The position numbers and the translations under genes are program-made. 64,000 nucleotides of DNA from Tetramitus jugosus (Eukaryota > Protista > Heterolobosea): the NCBI GenBank assembly GCA_937625935.1, contig OW569376.1, positions 124,001 through 188,000 on the forward strand. The letters run 5' to 3'. Position 1 is the stretch's first letter; every line of letters begins with the position of its first letter. Positions 45,929 to 58,410 of this stretch are shown one piece after another. The notes under the pieces were generated by a model. That model was not told where the DNA came from. It made no database searches and was given only the letters and a program-made list of their open reading frames with translations.

Positions 45929-47875
45929 ATGGAGAACACGCGAACAAAACCACTACTCAGACACTTGCAATGCTTTGATCTAAACCTACCAACCAACATT
46001 TACAGCACATGTGTCTTGCATGACAGAGACTTTGATTACTCTGAAGAAGAACACAATTTTGTGTTTGTTGCCACGAGTAACTCTTTGTTTTACATGCAAC
46101 ACTCTCCACCATCATCATCATCATCAACATCATCAACATCTCCAATAACATCAAGTCATCATGATTCAACACCTCACACATTTGTCTCTCACTTGCAAAT
46201 GCATGAAATTCCGATTCATGAGGCAAGAATTCCCGCCGACACAGAAATTATTTCCATTTCGGCGTTTCGGCGAAAAAGAAACACCAAAAAATCATCTACG
46301 ACTAACACTTCAACGCCTACTCATGTCATCTCATCGTCATTGTCATCATCATCAGTTACAGCTACAGCTACAGCTACAACTACAACAGGAATGAGCTCAA
46401 GTGTGAGTGTCTCTAGTGGTTTATCCCATAGCTTATCAAACAATAGTAGTAGCAACACCATTAGTAGTAACAAAAGCATGAGTAGTACCAGTGATGGTGC
46501 AATATCATCGACAATGATTACCAAGAGTAAATCAATGAGTCAAATCAATCATACATTGTCTGACTCTGCAGATGATGTCATTTTTTTGGCAGTGGCCATT
46601 GCACAGTACTTGGGTGAAGATTCCCCACCTCAGTGCTACCTCTATTTTTTCAAGTTTACAGAGAGAGAATTGTTGACACAATCGAGTAGTGTTGTGCAGT
46701 CAAATGTCTCTGCAAGTGACAACAGGAATAACAATATGAATCACATGAGTAATCATAGTGGTAGTAATGGTGGTGGTAGTAGTCGTGCTCTTCCACTGAT
46801 TACACAGGCATCTGGCCTCGCGTTTGAAAAGAATAATTACATGAAACATTTTGCACTGAATTTTGTTCCGTTGAGACTGTTTCGAAAGACGATTGCTCAT
46901 GAAGGAAGCTTTGAAACAGTGTTTATGGCTAGTGGATCGGACAAGAAGGTGCACATTTTTGGTCTTTCGAGTTACAATCCATTCCAGTTTGCAAAGATTG
47001 ATTCTGCAAAATTCAAGATTGATTTTTTGCCTTCGCTTGCGGTGCTTCCTGGCAGTGCACTCTGTATTGACATGTACGAGAGCAGTACGATGCACATTAC
47101 TGCCATTGGTTATCAGAATGGGTTCTTGCAGTTGATTACGAAGCTAAAGTCTGGCGATGGCCCACCGAATTTAACACTGTTTCTCAATGGTCCTATCAGC
47201 AGTGTGAGACTGTTTCGGTGCAGACCAGGTGCCATTGGAAGTAATCGAAGAAGACAGCACAATATGGTGAGTCGGACCATTGATCTGATCAATAACAGTA
47301 AGACAATGGATCATCATGATGATGTCTCACTGGACGCAACTTCGAGAATTGAAGAAGAATTGAGCTGTATTAATTTGGCAGTGGGTGAATCGATAGGACG
47401 GGTCACCATTTTTCGCAACGTGGAGAAGATGTCGCTCAGCGATCCATTGATCATTCAGCCTGAAACGCCAGATCAAATAGAGGAGACGGATGATGACTAT
47501 GGAGACGCAGATTCCTTGCAGAGCTTTAATTCCGTTTTGTCTGTATGTGTCGCGGATGTAGATGCAGATGGCTTGAATGAGATTCTAGTCGGCACCTATT
47601 CCAAATCTCTTCTCATTTACAAGATTAACATTGATGAGGAGAAAGATACTGTCGTGTCGTATCGGCTGGCTCACTGCATGAAATTTCCTGGACCGGTGCA
47701 CTCCATCAAGATACTGGACATAAATAAGGATGGATTGGATGAGGTGTTAGTGAGTACCATGTATGGTGTGCATGTTCTTCAACCTCACCTGGAAGATTGC
47801 AAGAATAAGGTAGTACAAAGGCTTAAGTCAATCTTGGCAATGCAAGCCAACAACGAACAAGCAATTACGAGCTAA
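45929..47875 (+). CDS. KPTN: Kaptin-like protein (KICSTOR subunit)
   Basis: N-terminal 'PTNIYS', LNGPISSVRLF, ADVDADGLNEILVGTY, DINKDGLDEVLVSTMYGVHVLQ (FG-GAP-like). Confidence 0.8.
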   Translation: MENTRTKPLLRHLQCFDLNLPTNIYSTCVLHDRDFDYSEEEHNFVFVATSNSLFYMQHSPPSSSSSTSSTSPITSSHHDSTPHTFVSHLQMHEIPIHEARIPADTEIISISAFRRKRNTKKSSTTNTSTPTHVISSSLSSSSVTATATATTTTGMSSSVSVSSGLSHSLSNNSSSNTISSNKSMSSTSDGAISSTMITKSKSMSQINHTLSDSADDVIFLAVAIAQYLGEDSPPQCYLYFFKFTERELLTQSSSVVQSNVSASDNRNNNMNHMSNHSGSNGGGSSRALPLITQASGLAFEKNNYMKHFALNFVPLRLFRKTIAHEGSFETVFMASGSDKKVHIFGLSSYNPFQFAKIDSAKFKIDFLPSLAVLPGSALCIDMYESSTMHITAIGYQNGFLQLITKLKSGDGPPNLTLFLNGPISSVRLFRCRPGAIGSNRRRQHNMVSRTIDLINNSKTMDHHDDVSLDATSRIEEELSCINLAVGESIGRVTIFRNVEKMSLSDPLIIQPETPDQIEETDDDYGDADSLQSFNSVLSVCVADVDADGLNEILVGTYSKSLLIYKINIDEEKDTVVSYRLAHCMKFPGPVHSIKILDINKDGLDEVLVSTMYGVHVLQPHLEDCKNKVVQRLKSILAMQANNEQAITS

Positions 47876-47914
47876 ACACAGAAAGAAATAATTAATAATA
47901 TAATTAATTAGAAT

Positions 47915-50900
47915 TTAATTGCATTTCACCTCGGGTATCAGAATATCGAAGCTTCCAGTACCTTGGGAAACTGTCTTACCCAAGATCAATTCGGCACTAG
48001 GTCCTCTTACTTGATCAATCTCGGCATATGCTGTACTGTTGCTCAAGAAGGTCAAAGAACTTTCGAATGTTGCTTTGTGGAACACACCAGGAGATGAGAC
48101 CATAGAGGCACGATTACATGCCCTGTACTCACCAGTATTTGTCATGTGCTCAGCAATCAAGCAAATGTGTCTCTCATCGACAGGAATACCGTACAGTTTG
48201 AACACATTCTTCATTTCGTTCACTAGCAGTTGATAAGCAGCCTCAATACCATATGTTGCTGCTGTGGCCCGAATATCATTGGTAATGATTGAATTAAAGT
48301 CAATAAACTCGGAAGCTTGTCTGGTCATCAATAATTCTTCAATGTTGAAACCTTCCATTTGAAGTTCGTATTGACCTTGTCTCTGTTGGATAACGTTGAC
48401 CTTCTCAATTCCAGTGTAAGTTCTCAAGTAGGTCGATTGACAAACCTTGTAAACAACGTCCTTTAAGAAGATACGATGGTCCTTGACACCGTCGTTCAGT
48501 TCAATTGTTAGGATGCCTTCCTCTCTTTGAATATCAAATGACTTATAGAATGGACTTTGTTCGATAGCCAAATTATCTTTAGCTTCCTTCGGAGTCGACT
48601 TCTTTTTCTTCTTGGCATCTTGCTCCTCGGCTTGTTCTTCATCTTCGTCCTCGGATTCTTCTTCTTCATCATCATCGGATTGTGCGTCTTCAGAATCACT
48701 TTCCATCTCATCTTCATCATCTGACTCTTCATCGGCCTTCTTCTTCTTTGTTTGCTTTTTGGTCGAGTTTGTGCTTGTTGACTGATTGTCACCCATCACT
48801 GATGCTTCTGCATTCTCTCCAGCATCCTTAAAATCTGAGTTGGAAAGGAATGTGGCTTGCTTAGTTTTCTGATTCACATCGATCACTCTTTGCTTGGTAA
48901 CACCAGCAAGGGCAATCTTATTCTTAAATCTACCATGCATCAGATACTGCTTAATGGTTAAGACAATGTTTCTAATCAGAATGGCCTTGACCGTTTCCCA
49001 GAATTGATCCACAGAGATGCCATAATATTTACTGAACTCCTCCAAATCAAACTTGATGTTCACTGAGATGCTTCTCTCTCTCTCATTTGTATTTGGATTG
49101 TACCCAATCTTCTCAATAATGTCCACATATTCGAGAGCATCTCCAAACGTGACGGAACTCATAGATGCAGCAAACTTCTTCACAAGCATCTCATTCTTAT
49201 GGACTGACTTGACTGGAAGGGTGGTTAAAACAGTCTTTGTCTGACCAATCATGAACAGTTCGATCAGTCTAGGAATACCGACAGTCACGTGAGCAACATC
49301 CAAACCAGCAAAGTGGAAAGTATTCAAAGTCATTTGAGTAGAAGGTTCACCAATGGATTGAGCAGCAATCACACCAACTGCTTCACCAGGGTTGACCAAA
49401 CTTCTCATAAATCTTTCATTGGAAATGCTCTTGAACTTGTCCAATGATACATGAATATCGCTCAACAATGCATCCTTACGTTTCTTGGAAGCCAGCACCA
49501 GTCCATCAGGATTGGATTCAATGTATTCACTAAGGTTGCTGGCAAACTTGTCGGATACAGCACCTTTGACTCTCCATGGATCATAAACGGATGCAACAGG
49601 GTCAGAGCCCTTGTACTTGAGTACACTCTTATCAGTGTGCTCCTCATCTTCTGACAAACGATACTTTTCAGCAACAGCTTTGTGATTCATAGCAGCAAAC
49701 TTTGAATTATGAAGGAATGAGCTCTTAAGTGGATCAATAGAGTCACCACCGTACTTGAACTGAACAACAGTGTTGCCCTCATTTCTAACGGTACCGTCAT
49801 ACTTGACAGTCAAGTCTTCCAAAGCCTTCACTAGACAACGTTGCAAATAACCGGAACGAGCAGTCTTGACAGCAGTATCAATCAAACCATCTCTTCCAGC
49901 CATACAATGGAAGAAATATTCTTGTGGCTTGATACCAGTCAAGAATCTGCTGGCCACATAACCACCAGAGATAGCAGATGTGTCATAAATCTCAAATGAA
50001 GGCAGAGTCTTTCCAGAAACAGTTGGTCTAACTCTTCGACCTTCAAACTCTTGAAGACCCAAACAACAACTGATCTGAGAAGCATTGACGAGGGAACCCT
50101 TGGCACCAGATTGAGTCATCAGAGTCATGTTATTAGCAGGGAAAGGCTTCATCAAACCACGAGGAATAGATTCAGAAATCAACTTGGATGTATGTTTGCT
50201 GAGTGCTTTCTTGACCTCAGCATCTAACTTTCTACGGTTTCTGTCATTCACCAACAATGAAGACATATTCTTAATAATCGAGTTTTGGTCGTACAACTTG
50301 CTGTCAGCCAGACGCTTTTGTTTTGCAAACTCAGCAGTAGCATGTCTGGCATCGCTGTCCGCAGCCTTCATAATCTTGCTTCTATTTTCATTGCAGTCAT
50401 CAGTAACCATCAAATCATCAACACCACATGTGAATCCATGATACTGCAAGAACAGAGTAGTCAATCTGGTAAAGCAAGTAAGCAACTCAGCACTGGCATC
50501 ATGACCATAAACTTCATCGAATGCATGAACAACACCAAACTCAGATGAACCAATTTGGTTCTTGTCGAAAATACCAGTCATAACTTCATTATCACGGATA
50601 ATGACAGTTTCTTCTTCCTTGTGATCTCCCCAACAATTCTTCAATTTAGCACCGCAGTCCAAATTAATACCTGCTCTCTTTGCAGCAATATCCTTCAAGA
50701 TGGTGGTTACTACTTGCTTACCGCTCCACAATGGCCTTGGTTTGATGATGCATGGAGGAACTGTTTCGATTCTATGATCACCGACTCTGTGGAATATGGA
50801 GCCAAATACCAATGATTGATAAGTTTCTCTGTCAAGGAAGGTATCCTTGAGAGTTAACAAGACACCGGACACAATATGATCCTGAATCAGACCACGAATT

Positions 50901-52964
50901 GGCTCACCACTTGTTGGAGAGCAGTATTGATTTGAGTTCTTGACTAATTCTCCTGCTTCAGATTGAGAAACCAAATCTTGAGGGATATGCAAATTCATCT
51001 CATCACCATCGAAATCAGCATTGTAGGACTTACAGTTGGCATAATGGATACGGATTGTTTTCTGGTAGTTATTGGAGAGAACTCTAGCCTTGTGAGCCAT
51101 CATAGATACTCTGTGAAGAGATGGCTGACGATTCACCAGGAACAGATCTCCATCTTTAATGTGTCTCATGACAACAGTGTTACCCTTCTGCAAGACTTGA
51201 CTCATTGCCTTTCTTCTGAAATATGGCATCGTCTTAAAGTGGAAAATCTTTCCATCAACCTTCAAAGCATTAGCACCAGGGTACACGTCAGGACCGTTCA
51301 AAATACTTTGTCTTAATCTTGCCAAATTTAAGTCATTGACAACTTCAGGGAAGGACAACTTCTTTGCGAAAACAAGTGGCACAGATACTTCGTCCGTATG
51401 GATCATAGGATCTGGCAGAATGACAGATCTAGCAGAGAAATTGACACGCTTACCCATCATATTGGTTCTCATCAAACCCTCCTTCTTTTCAATCACTTGC
51501 TTATAACCAAAAATGACACGCCTGTGCAGTGCTTGTGCATTGTCATCAAAATCGAACAAGTCGTTGACAATTCTCTGAGCGTCATTGACACGCGAGAAAA
51601 TGGTATCTGATATCAGATCGCCAACCAACGCCTGTTTGTCTCTCTTGATGCTCTTTGTTAAGAATACCACTTGTCTGAATAGATAGTTCAAGTCGTGTTC
51701 AAAGAATGCGCCAGATCTCTTCATTGGAGATCTATACCTGTTTGGTGGCACTGGAACAATGTTCATAAACAAGTGATTATGGGTCAGTTTGTCACTTCCT
51801 GGAGAATTGTAAACATAGTCAAATACTTCAGAGTCATTCTTCCAAACTGCAGCAACAAAATTGAAAACCTCTTGTGGGAACATATATATTGGTCTTGAAA
51901 GATCTGGTGCGTACAATGATTCTCTCTCGGCTGTCTCTACTTGTCCGTATACTGCTCTAATGATACGTTGAAGTGCCAAGTGAGAAGTGTCGTCCAATCT
52001 AGGTGGCTTCGAAGACTTTGGCACATTACAATAGAGTTTGTTTCCTGATTTGTCAGGAGATGTCCATGACGAGTGCAAACTGGCACAGAATGGGCATTTT
52101 CCAGAAATTTCAGCAAAAAACTCACGAGCAATCAACAAACGTTCATGATGAACAGGTGCATGAACATCAGAGACGACACTCTTGAAGAAAGCGTCCAATT
52201 TGGCTTCACTGTATCCATTCTTCTTTGCTTCTGCGATAATCAGCTTGTTCACCACATTATCAATCGCCTCTAGTTCAGTATCTGTGAGCAAATATGGATT
52301 TCTAGACTCATGATGGGATATGAACGATGTTTTCTCTGCAGCTTCTGCTTCTTCTTCGTTGTCATCTTCACCGCCCTTTTTGCGATCTTGGGAAGCACCT
52401 CGACTTCTAAAGAGATTGGCCAAATGATGTTCTTGAAGATCTCCAAAGAATGCATCTGGACACTCTTCCAATTGTCTCGAAACTGTGAACAAACCAGCCC
52501 TCACCAACTCAAATCGTTTCATGTAAAAGAATCTCTGTAGTAAAAAACAATCATCATTGTGTTAGCTTTCCACTTCATGACGCAAAAAAAAAATAGCAAT
52601 CCATTCAAACGGCCACGAGAGAGAAACATACTCTTTGTGGTTTGATTTTTAGTCGCTGACAGTAAATGCAACTTCCTAGCAAGATCTTTCTCAATTCAGG
52701 TCTCATTCTAGGATGATAAGTAGGGTATTCAAGTTGAATATAACCCATGTGACCAGGGCACATCTTTTCAGAGAGAGAACATGTCTCACAGTTTGAAAAA
52801 TTATCAAGAGGACCCATTCGTGGATCATATAGACCACCTCTTACGGGCGTATTCAATGAATCAAACGTCATTTCTTCTGTGATTTGCACAGCAGCTGTTC
52901 GTTTGAATTCTTCATCAGTGTAGAATCGAAAATTGACACTCTCAATCTCGAAGAGGCTGGACAT
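47915..52964 (-). CDS. RPA1: RNA polymerase I largest subunit; exons 52964-52632 and 52534-47915
   Basis: GGLYDPRMGP, CPGHMGYIQL, MMGKRVNF, YNADFDGDEMN, acidic expander insertion, no CTD; phase-0 GTATGT...CTAAC...CAG intron at 52631-52535. Confidence 0.95.
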
Positions 52965-53407
52965 TTTTTGTGTTTGTTGTGTTTGTTTGTTTGAAGAGTG
53001 AAAAATGGACGGCGCTCACCGAATTGTCAAAAGCTTTTTGTTCTTCGAGGTGATTTGGTTGTTTTTTTCACACGGATATTTGTTGCTTGAACCACATGCT
53101 TCGCTCTTTTTCATTTTCACCGACACAGCACAAAAATTTTGAACAATGCTCCGAATAATTGAAGCTTCAAGATTGTAACATCTGAATGAAAAGTAACTGC
53201 CATCAACTTACGGTGATAAGACATGCGGACCATGTTCACAGCCCTGAGGTGACTGTCTGTCAAGTGGACAATACATACCATGGATTTTACAAAAGCTCAG
53301 TTTTCTGCGTTCTGGTGAAGGAAAATTCACGGGCTTTCCATCAGAAATCCAGGCAAAGACACCATTTTTTTTAATTCAAGACCCAATCACAAGAACTCAC
53401 GGACAGA

Positions 53408-53539
53408 ATGGACAAGGGTGACGGATTGGGAATTGCTCTTCTTTGTATATTAGCTTTGGTGGTAATTCTGAGTATTCTAGGCTTTCTAAGAAGACTTCGG
53501 ATGCATTGGGCTCAAAAACGTGCCGATGGACACCGGTGA
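53408..53539 (+). CDS. Candidate small single-pass membrane protein
   Basis: MDKGDGLGIALLCILALVVILSILGFLRRLRMHWAQKRADGHR: hydrophobic helix followed by basic residues. Confidence 0.4.
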   Translation: MDKGDGLGIALLCILALVVILSILGFLRRLRMHWAQKRADGHR

Positions 53540-53693
53540 GTCAAAGACAACAATCATCCTTTCAATTTTCAGTGTAGGTGAGATAACAACCTGGTCATGG
53601 CAGTGAATGTTGTTGTGTTCTTGCAGTGGGCAGTCGCTAAAAATAAGCCAATCTCACAGATCACACAAAAAAGAAAAACAAAAACTCGAGTAA

Positions 53694-55553
53694 ATGGCAC
53701 ATGTGTTTAGAGTCATTGTTACAATCACCTTGATTATTCTGGTGCAATTGCTTGATCCCATCTTCACTTCCACCAATAATAACGCACAATATCATGAGAA
53801 TTTGATTGTGAAACCGTTTCTCGATGGCAAAGTGCTTCTTCACTTTCAATTTTCCACTGTTCAGAACCATCATGATCACCAACATGATCATCAAAAACAT
53901 TACACCATGTTTCCCAAGATGCTTGGTCAAATTGTGGACAGGTATCATGTGAGTGAGATGCACCTTAGCTTAACACAGGGAAGATGGGAGTACGACAAGT
54001 GGGGCAACGCTTGGACACCAGCACCAGTTGGTGCAGAGTTGATGACTTGGTTTTCCGCACCGCTCGATAACAATGTTGAACTCGCAGCAGTGAATCGCAC
54101 CAATGACGCAACAACGAACAAACAGAAAAATTATGTGGAACAGAACTGGAAGGGATTGATCAATGCTCTATCAGGCTTGTTTTGTGCTAGTTTAAACTTT
54201 TTGGATACGACGACAGAGTTTTCCTATGCAGCTGGTGTCGTATCTGAGGATAATCTCTTCCGATATGGAACACTGTCGCAGGAGACTGTGTGCACAGAGA
54301 ATTTGACACCATTTAAGCAATTGCTGCCTTCGAGAGCAAAGGCAGGTATTGGAGCACTGTTGAATCCAATCCGATTGTATGACTCTCACTTTCATTCCAT
54401 GGCTGTTCACTACCGAAGAGTGAACGAGTCATGTGATGAACTGACGCAAACTGTGTCAATTGTGTTTGATATTGACGTGAAGCAGCAACAATTGGACAGC
54501 AATCGTGTGTTCAAGGATTTTTCATTGTTCTCTCTGCTGGGATACACCTCTAATGTTCCAAGTATTCCAAAGTTTATGTTGGCAACCGAGAGTACGATCA
54601 TGCTGGACGTGAGCTCTGAGTTGCAATCCTATTTGCTTCAAAACAGTGATGCTGGACCCAATGGCGCACAACAAAGCATGTTGCGTGTATCTCCAGAGTC
54701 ACTACTCCCCACAGATGGCCAACAGAGTAGACTATCGATAGCAGGTGACGAGAACCACACATTAATTGAAATTGATTTATTGACACAAGGTATTTCATAC
54801 ATACCCAATGTCGAATTCAAATGGGCATCCAAAAATATACCTGTCCCTGCCAAGTATCAGGTATTGTCGGCCATTACAGCCCAGAGATACGAGTCTGGCA
54901 GCGGTCAATTGGATGGTGGCTTCGTCGTTCACATACAGAACAATGACCCAACCAATGAGATATCCATCCAATACTATGATGCTATTCCTTGGTACTTTAA
55001 GCTCTACTTCCATACTTTGAAAATGAGCATCAATGGTCAATCGATTGCATCCCCTACTCAATACTGCACTGATTTTAGAGTGACACCATCAAAGGATCGA
55101 CTCAACTCTGCTGTGCTACAATTTGTTGTCAGCATGCCACCTAGATCCAACCTTTCACTCAGCATTGAATTCGAGAAAGCATTCCTAAAGTACACGGAGC
55201 ATTCTCCAGATGCGAACAGAGGATTCGATCTCTCCTCATCGGTCATCTCCTACTCACTACTGACAGGCAACAGCAACCACAGTATCCATACCTTGTTTGA
55301 CTTCTGTCCATTGTACAAGATTCGAACGAACCAGGTTAATAATCGAAGCGAATCCTCGAGGATCATGACCAACACGAGGGTGTACACTGACAGTTTGCTA
55401 ATCACCCTGCCTAAACCTGATTTTAGCATGCCCTACAATGTCATTACACTCAGTAGCACCATTATTGCTCTATTCTTTGGCAGCTTATTCAACGTGCTGA
55501 TTCGGCGCTTCAAGTTTGATGGTCCAGCCAACACACCGAACCCAACACAATAA
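53694..55553 (+). CDS. PIGT: GPI transamidase subunit PIG-T/Gpi16
   Basis: LSLTQGRW, LSGLFCASLNF, ETVCTENLTP, PDANRGF, LPKPDFSMPYNVI. Confidence 0.95.
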   Translation: MAHVFRVIVTITLIILVQLLDPIFTSTNNNAQYHENLIVKPFLDGKVLLHFQFSTVQNHHDHQHDHQKHYTMFPKMLGQIVDRYHVSEMHLSLTQGRWEYDKWGNAWTPAPVGAELMTWFSAPLDNNVELAAVNRTNDATTNKQKNYVEQNWKGLINALSGLFCASLNFLDTTTEFSYAAGVVSEDNLFRYGTLSQETVCTENLTPFKQLLPSRAKAGIGALLNPIRLYDSHFHSMAVHYRRVNESCDELTQTVSIVFDIDVKQQQLDSNRVFKDFSLFSLLGYTSNVPSIPKFMLATESTIMLDVSSELQSYLLQNSDAGPNGAQQSMLRVSPESLLPTDGQQSRLSIAGDENHTLIEIDLLTQGISYIPNVEFKWASKNIPVPAKYQVLSAITAQRYESGSGQLDGGFVVHIQNNDPTNEISIQYYDAIPWYFKLYFHTLKMSINGQSIASPTQYCTDFRVTPSKDRLNSAVLQFVVSMPPRSNLSLSIEFEKAFLKYTEHSPDANRGFDLSSSVISYSLLTGNSNHSIHTLFDFCPLYKIRTNQVNNRSESSRIMTNTRVYTDSLLITLPKPDFSMPYNVITLSSTIIALFFGSLFNVLIRRFKFDGPANTPNPTQ

Positions 55554-55741
55554 ATCGCAAGCTTCATCTGAAGCGATCGGACAGAAGCTCCAATTTCCCG
55601 CCTCAAATTCCAGTTTTTTTTGCAGCACACAACAACATTTTTTGTAAAAAACAACACCAAATCAGTAGCAAGCAAACAAAAGCAATCAAACAAAAATACA
55701 AAAACAACCACTCGATCACTAATAACAACAATAGAAAAAAA

Positions 55742-56765
55742 ATGTCTACAACAGCAATTAAGAGAAGATTTGATGATTACATGAGAACCAATAACAATCA
55801 TACCCGTAGTAGTAGTGATGCATCATCAACCATGGACGAAGAGGACAATGATACACAAATGGACTCTCCAACCACATCATCCACCAACTCATCTGGTGAT
55901 TCTGTAAACTACTACTCGTATCCTACTTCTCTCACAACCAACACCACTAACAACAACAACAATAATAATAATACAAATATCATTAGTAACAACAATAATA
56001 ACAGTGAAGGTGTTCAATCAGCACGACAATTATTTTTGGAGTTTCAACAACCAATCAAGAGAAGAAGAATGGCTGTTCAACAATATGTTGATCATGTTTT
56101 GGCTCACAAGGAGAATGTTCGCAACAACAGCAGCAGCAGCGCGAGTGGTATCAATAATAATAACAATAGAATGAATGAACATCATTCTCAAACAAAGGAA
56201 AAACCATCCTTGACTGGAATACTGCAGCAACATGACGACTACAATCACAATCTGTTGAGTTCTACAACGGGAGCAAGCAGACAACAAGTCAAATCATCAT
56301 CATCATCACAGTCGAACAATAAGCAAAAATATTTCCCAATGGCCAATGAAGTTGTCAAGGGTATGTACCAACGACTTTCATCAATCGAGTCATTTTTTTA
56401 CAATTGTTTCTGTTTCGAAAGACAACTAATTGACACTTTATTATGTGTGGTATGATGTGATTTTTTTAATAGATGCATCATCGTTTGTGACCCAGTACAA
56501 GAATGAAAGGAAAAAGGTTGCTTCCCCAAGTGGATCACTCCTCAATGTGGGACAAACAACAACAATGAACAACAGAAAGAAGATGAACATGTTCACAGAG
56601 GACGAAGTCAGAATGATTTTGGAAGTGAGAGAAAATCAACTGAGAGAGGAATATGACTCCATTCTTTGCAACTTACTCCAAGAGCAATTCAATCAATTTG
56701 CAAAGTTCAACCAAGATTACATCTCCAGGCAATTCAAGAGCACAGACTTTAGTTACACGTCGTAA
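55742..56765 (+). CDS. AKIRIN: Akirin; exons 55742-56360 and 56473-56765
   Basis: AIKR, PIKRRR NLS, C-terminal REEYDSIL...EQFNQFAKFNQDYI...SYTS; phase-1 GTATGT...TAG intron. Confidence 0.85.
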
Positions 56766-56912
56766 ACTTTTTACTTTTTTTATTGAACGGGTCGGATAAT
56801 CGGATGGACGGAGAATCGGGACAAAAATCGCTCTGGCGTTTGACACTGAAGAGTCCTGAATCACACAAAATCGAATAGGAAGTGCTTCACATCTCTCAAT
56901 ACTAGACACAAG

Positions 56913-58157
56913 ATGGTACACTCATGGAACAAATGGTCATTATCTCGAACAGATCGAAAAATAAAATTATTCGTGATTGTTCTGACTTGTGTTGCACTGT
57001 ACATGACGTACAATCACATATGGCACTTGCTCTACACAGCAGAGATTCCTGATAATGAATTGGCCAATGCTGGCTTGTTTGGACAATCTTCAGATTTGGC
57101 CTATGCAGCCGCACTGCGCACCATCAGAGTTTGTCCTGCTACGATGAACTCTCGTACCTCATCATCATCGTCCTCTCCATTGTCATTGGACGCATCATCA
57201 TCATCATCTGCACTTGCTCCAAAATATTTTATGGTGGCAGTGTTGAACACGTGTGACGACAAGGGAAACAGAAGAAGAGATATGATTCGACAATATTTGA
57301 GACGAGTGCACAGCGACATTGTAGATGTCAGGTTTTTGTTAGACAGTACAATGTACGGTGTTCAGTCAGATTTGTTGGGCGTATTGGCTGGTGCGACTGA
57401 TATCAATTGTAAAGAACGATTGCAAGAGGAACAAGAAAAGTATGGTGATTTATGGTTCTTTGATACGAAGGCAGAAGAACAGGGACCTAGGAGACTCATT
57501 TTCAAAGTCGAGAAAATGTTTCATCATGTCGTACTGAATCACGCTGGTCAGTACCGATACATTTTCAAGACTGATGATGATTCGTTGGCTGATTTTGGTC
57601 TTTATAAGAAGTACTTGATCGACCATGTGGATTCACTGTTTATGAAGGCATTGAGAGAAAAGTGTTCTAAATCGATTGATCTCGATAAGGAGTTGTCTAG
57701 TCGAGATTTGCAAGAGTACATGTCCCGTGCGCTCATGTCCTACGGTGGTACAATGCTCTACCAATCCAAGGTACACTATCAATACAAGGTGATGAGCAAT
57801 GAACAATACATCAGAGACACTGGACAAAAGTTCTATACAAAGTATGCCGCAGGAGCCGGATATGTCGTAAGTATGGCTGTTGCGAATGCATTTTATACCA
57901 TGTCTCAGGCTGCTGAGATGAGAAAGTGGAGAAGCGAGGACTCCACAGTGGGTCACTGGGTCTCAACCATTGATCACATTCCATTCCAGACCTATCAAGT
58001 GTCGTTTAGTCAATGCTGTCAGAATCGAACACCAAGTCTGCTGTACCATCCCATCAAAGACCCTAACAAGTTGTCGCAAATGGCTGATGCATTAGCAAAG
58101 AAGGATTTCCAGACAGCTTGCAAGATCTACACACCAAAGAGATCCGACTGTCCGTAA
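56913..58157 (+). CDS. GT31 glycosyltransferase (distant paralog of 7596-8705)
   Basis: Signal-anchor; RRDMIR, EQEKYGDL, FKTDDD, YAAGAGYVVS, EDSTVG, HPIK. Confidence 0.85.
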   Translation: MVHSWNKWSLSRTDRKIKLFVIVLTCVALYMTYNHIWHLLYTAEIPDNELANAGLFGQSSDLAYAAALRTIRVCPATMNSRTSSSSSSPLSLDASSSSSALAPKYFMVAVLNTCDDKGNRRRDMIRQYLRRVHSDIVDVRFLLDSTMYGVQSDLLGVLAGATDINCKERLQEEQEKYGDLWFFDTKAEEQGPRRLIFKVEKMFHHVVLNHAGQYRYIFKTDDDSLADFGLYKKYLIDHVDSLFMKALREKCSKSIDLDKELSSRDLQEYMSRALMSYGGTMLYQSKVHYQYKVMSNEQYIRDTGQKFYTKYAAGAGYVVSMAVANAFYTMSQAAEMRKWRSEDSTVGHWVSTIDHIPFQTYQVSFSQCCQNRTPSLLYHPIKDPNKLSQMADALAKKDFQTACKIYTPKRSDCP

Positions 58158-58410
58158 GAACATGGAGGTACAGAACAATTGTCCTACATCAAGGAAGGCG
58201 CACTTCTGTCGCCCCATCCATAGACGATACCAAGAGTGAGATACGTGTCACAGAGTCAACCAACCATTTGACTTCCATGACTGGCAGTAGTTTATTCAAC
58301 TTATTTATTAGCCACACCAATTTGTCTTGACGTCGTACCACAAAAGACGAACAACAAAACAATAACCATAACAACAACAACAACAAAAAAAGGACAATCA
58401 ACAATTCACA

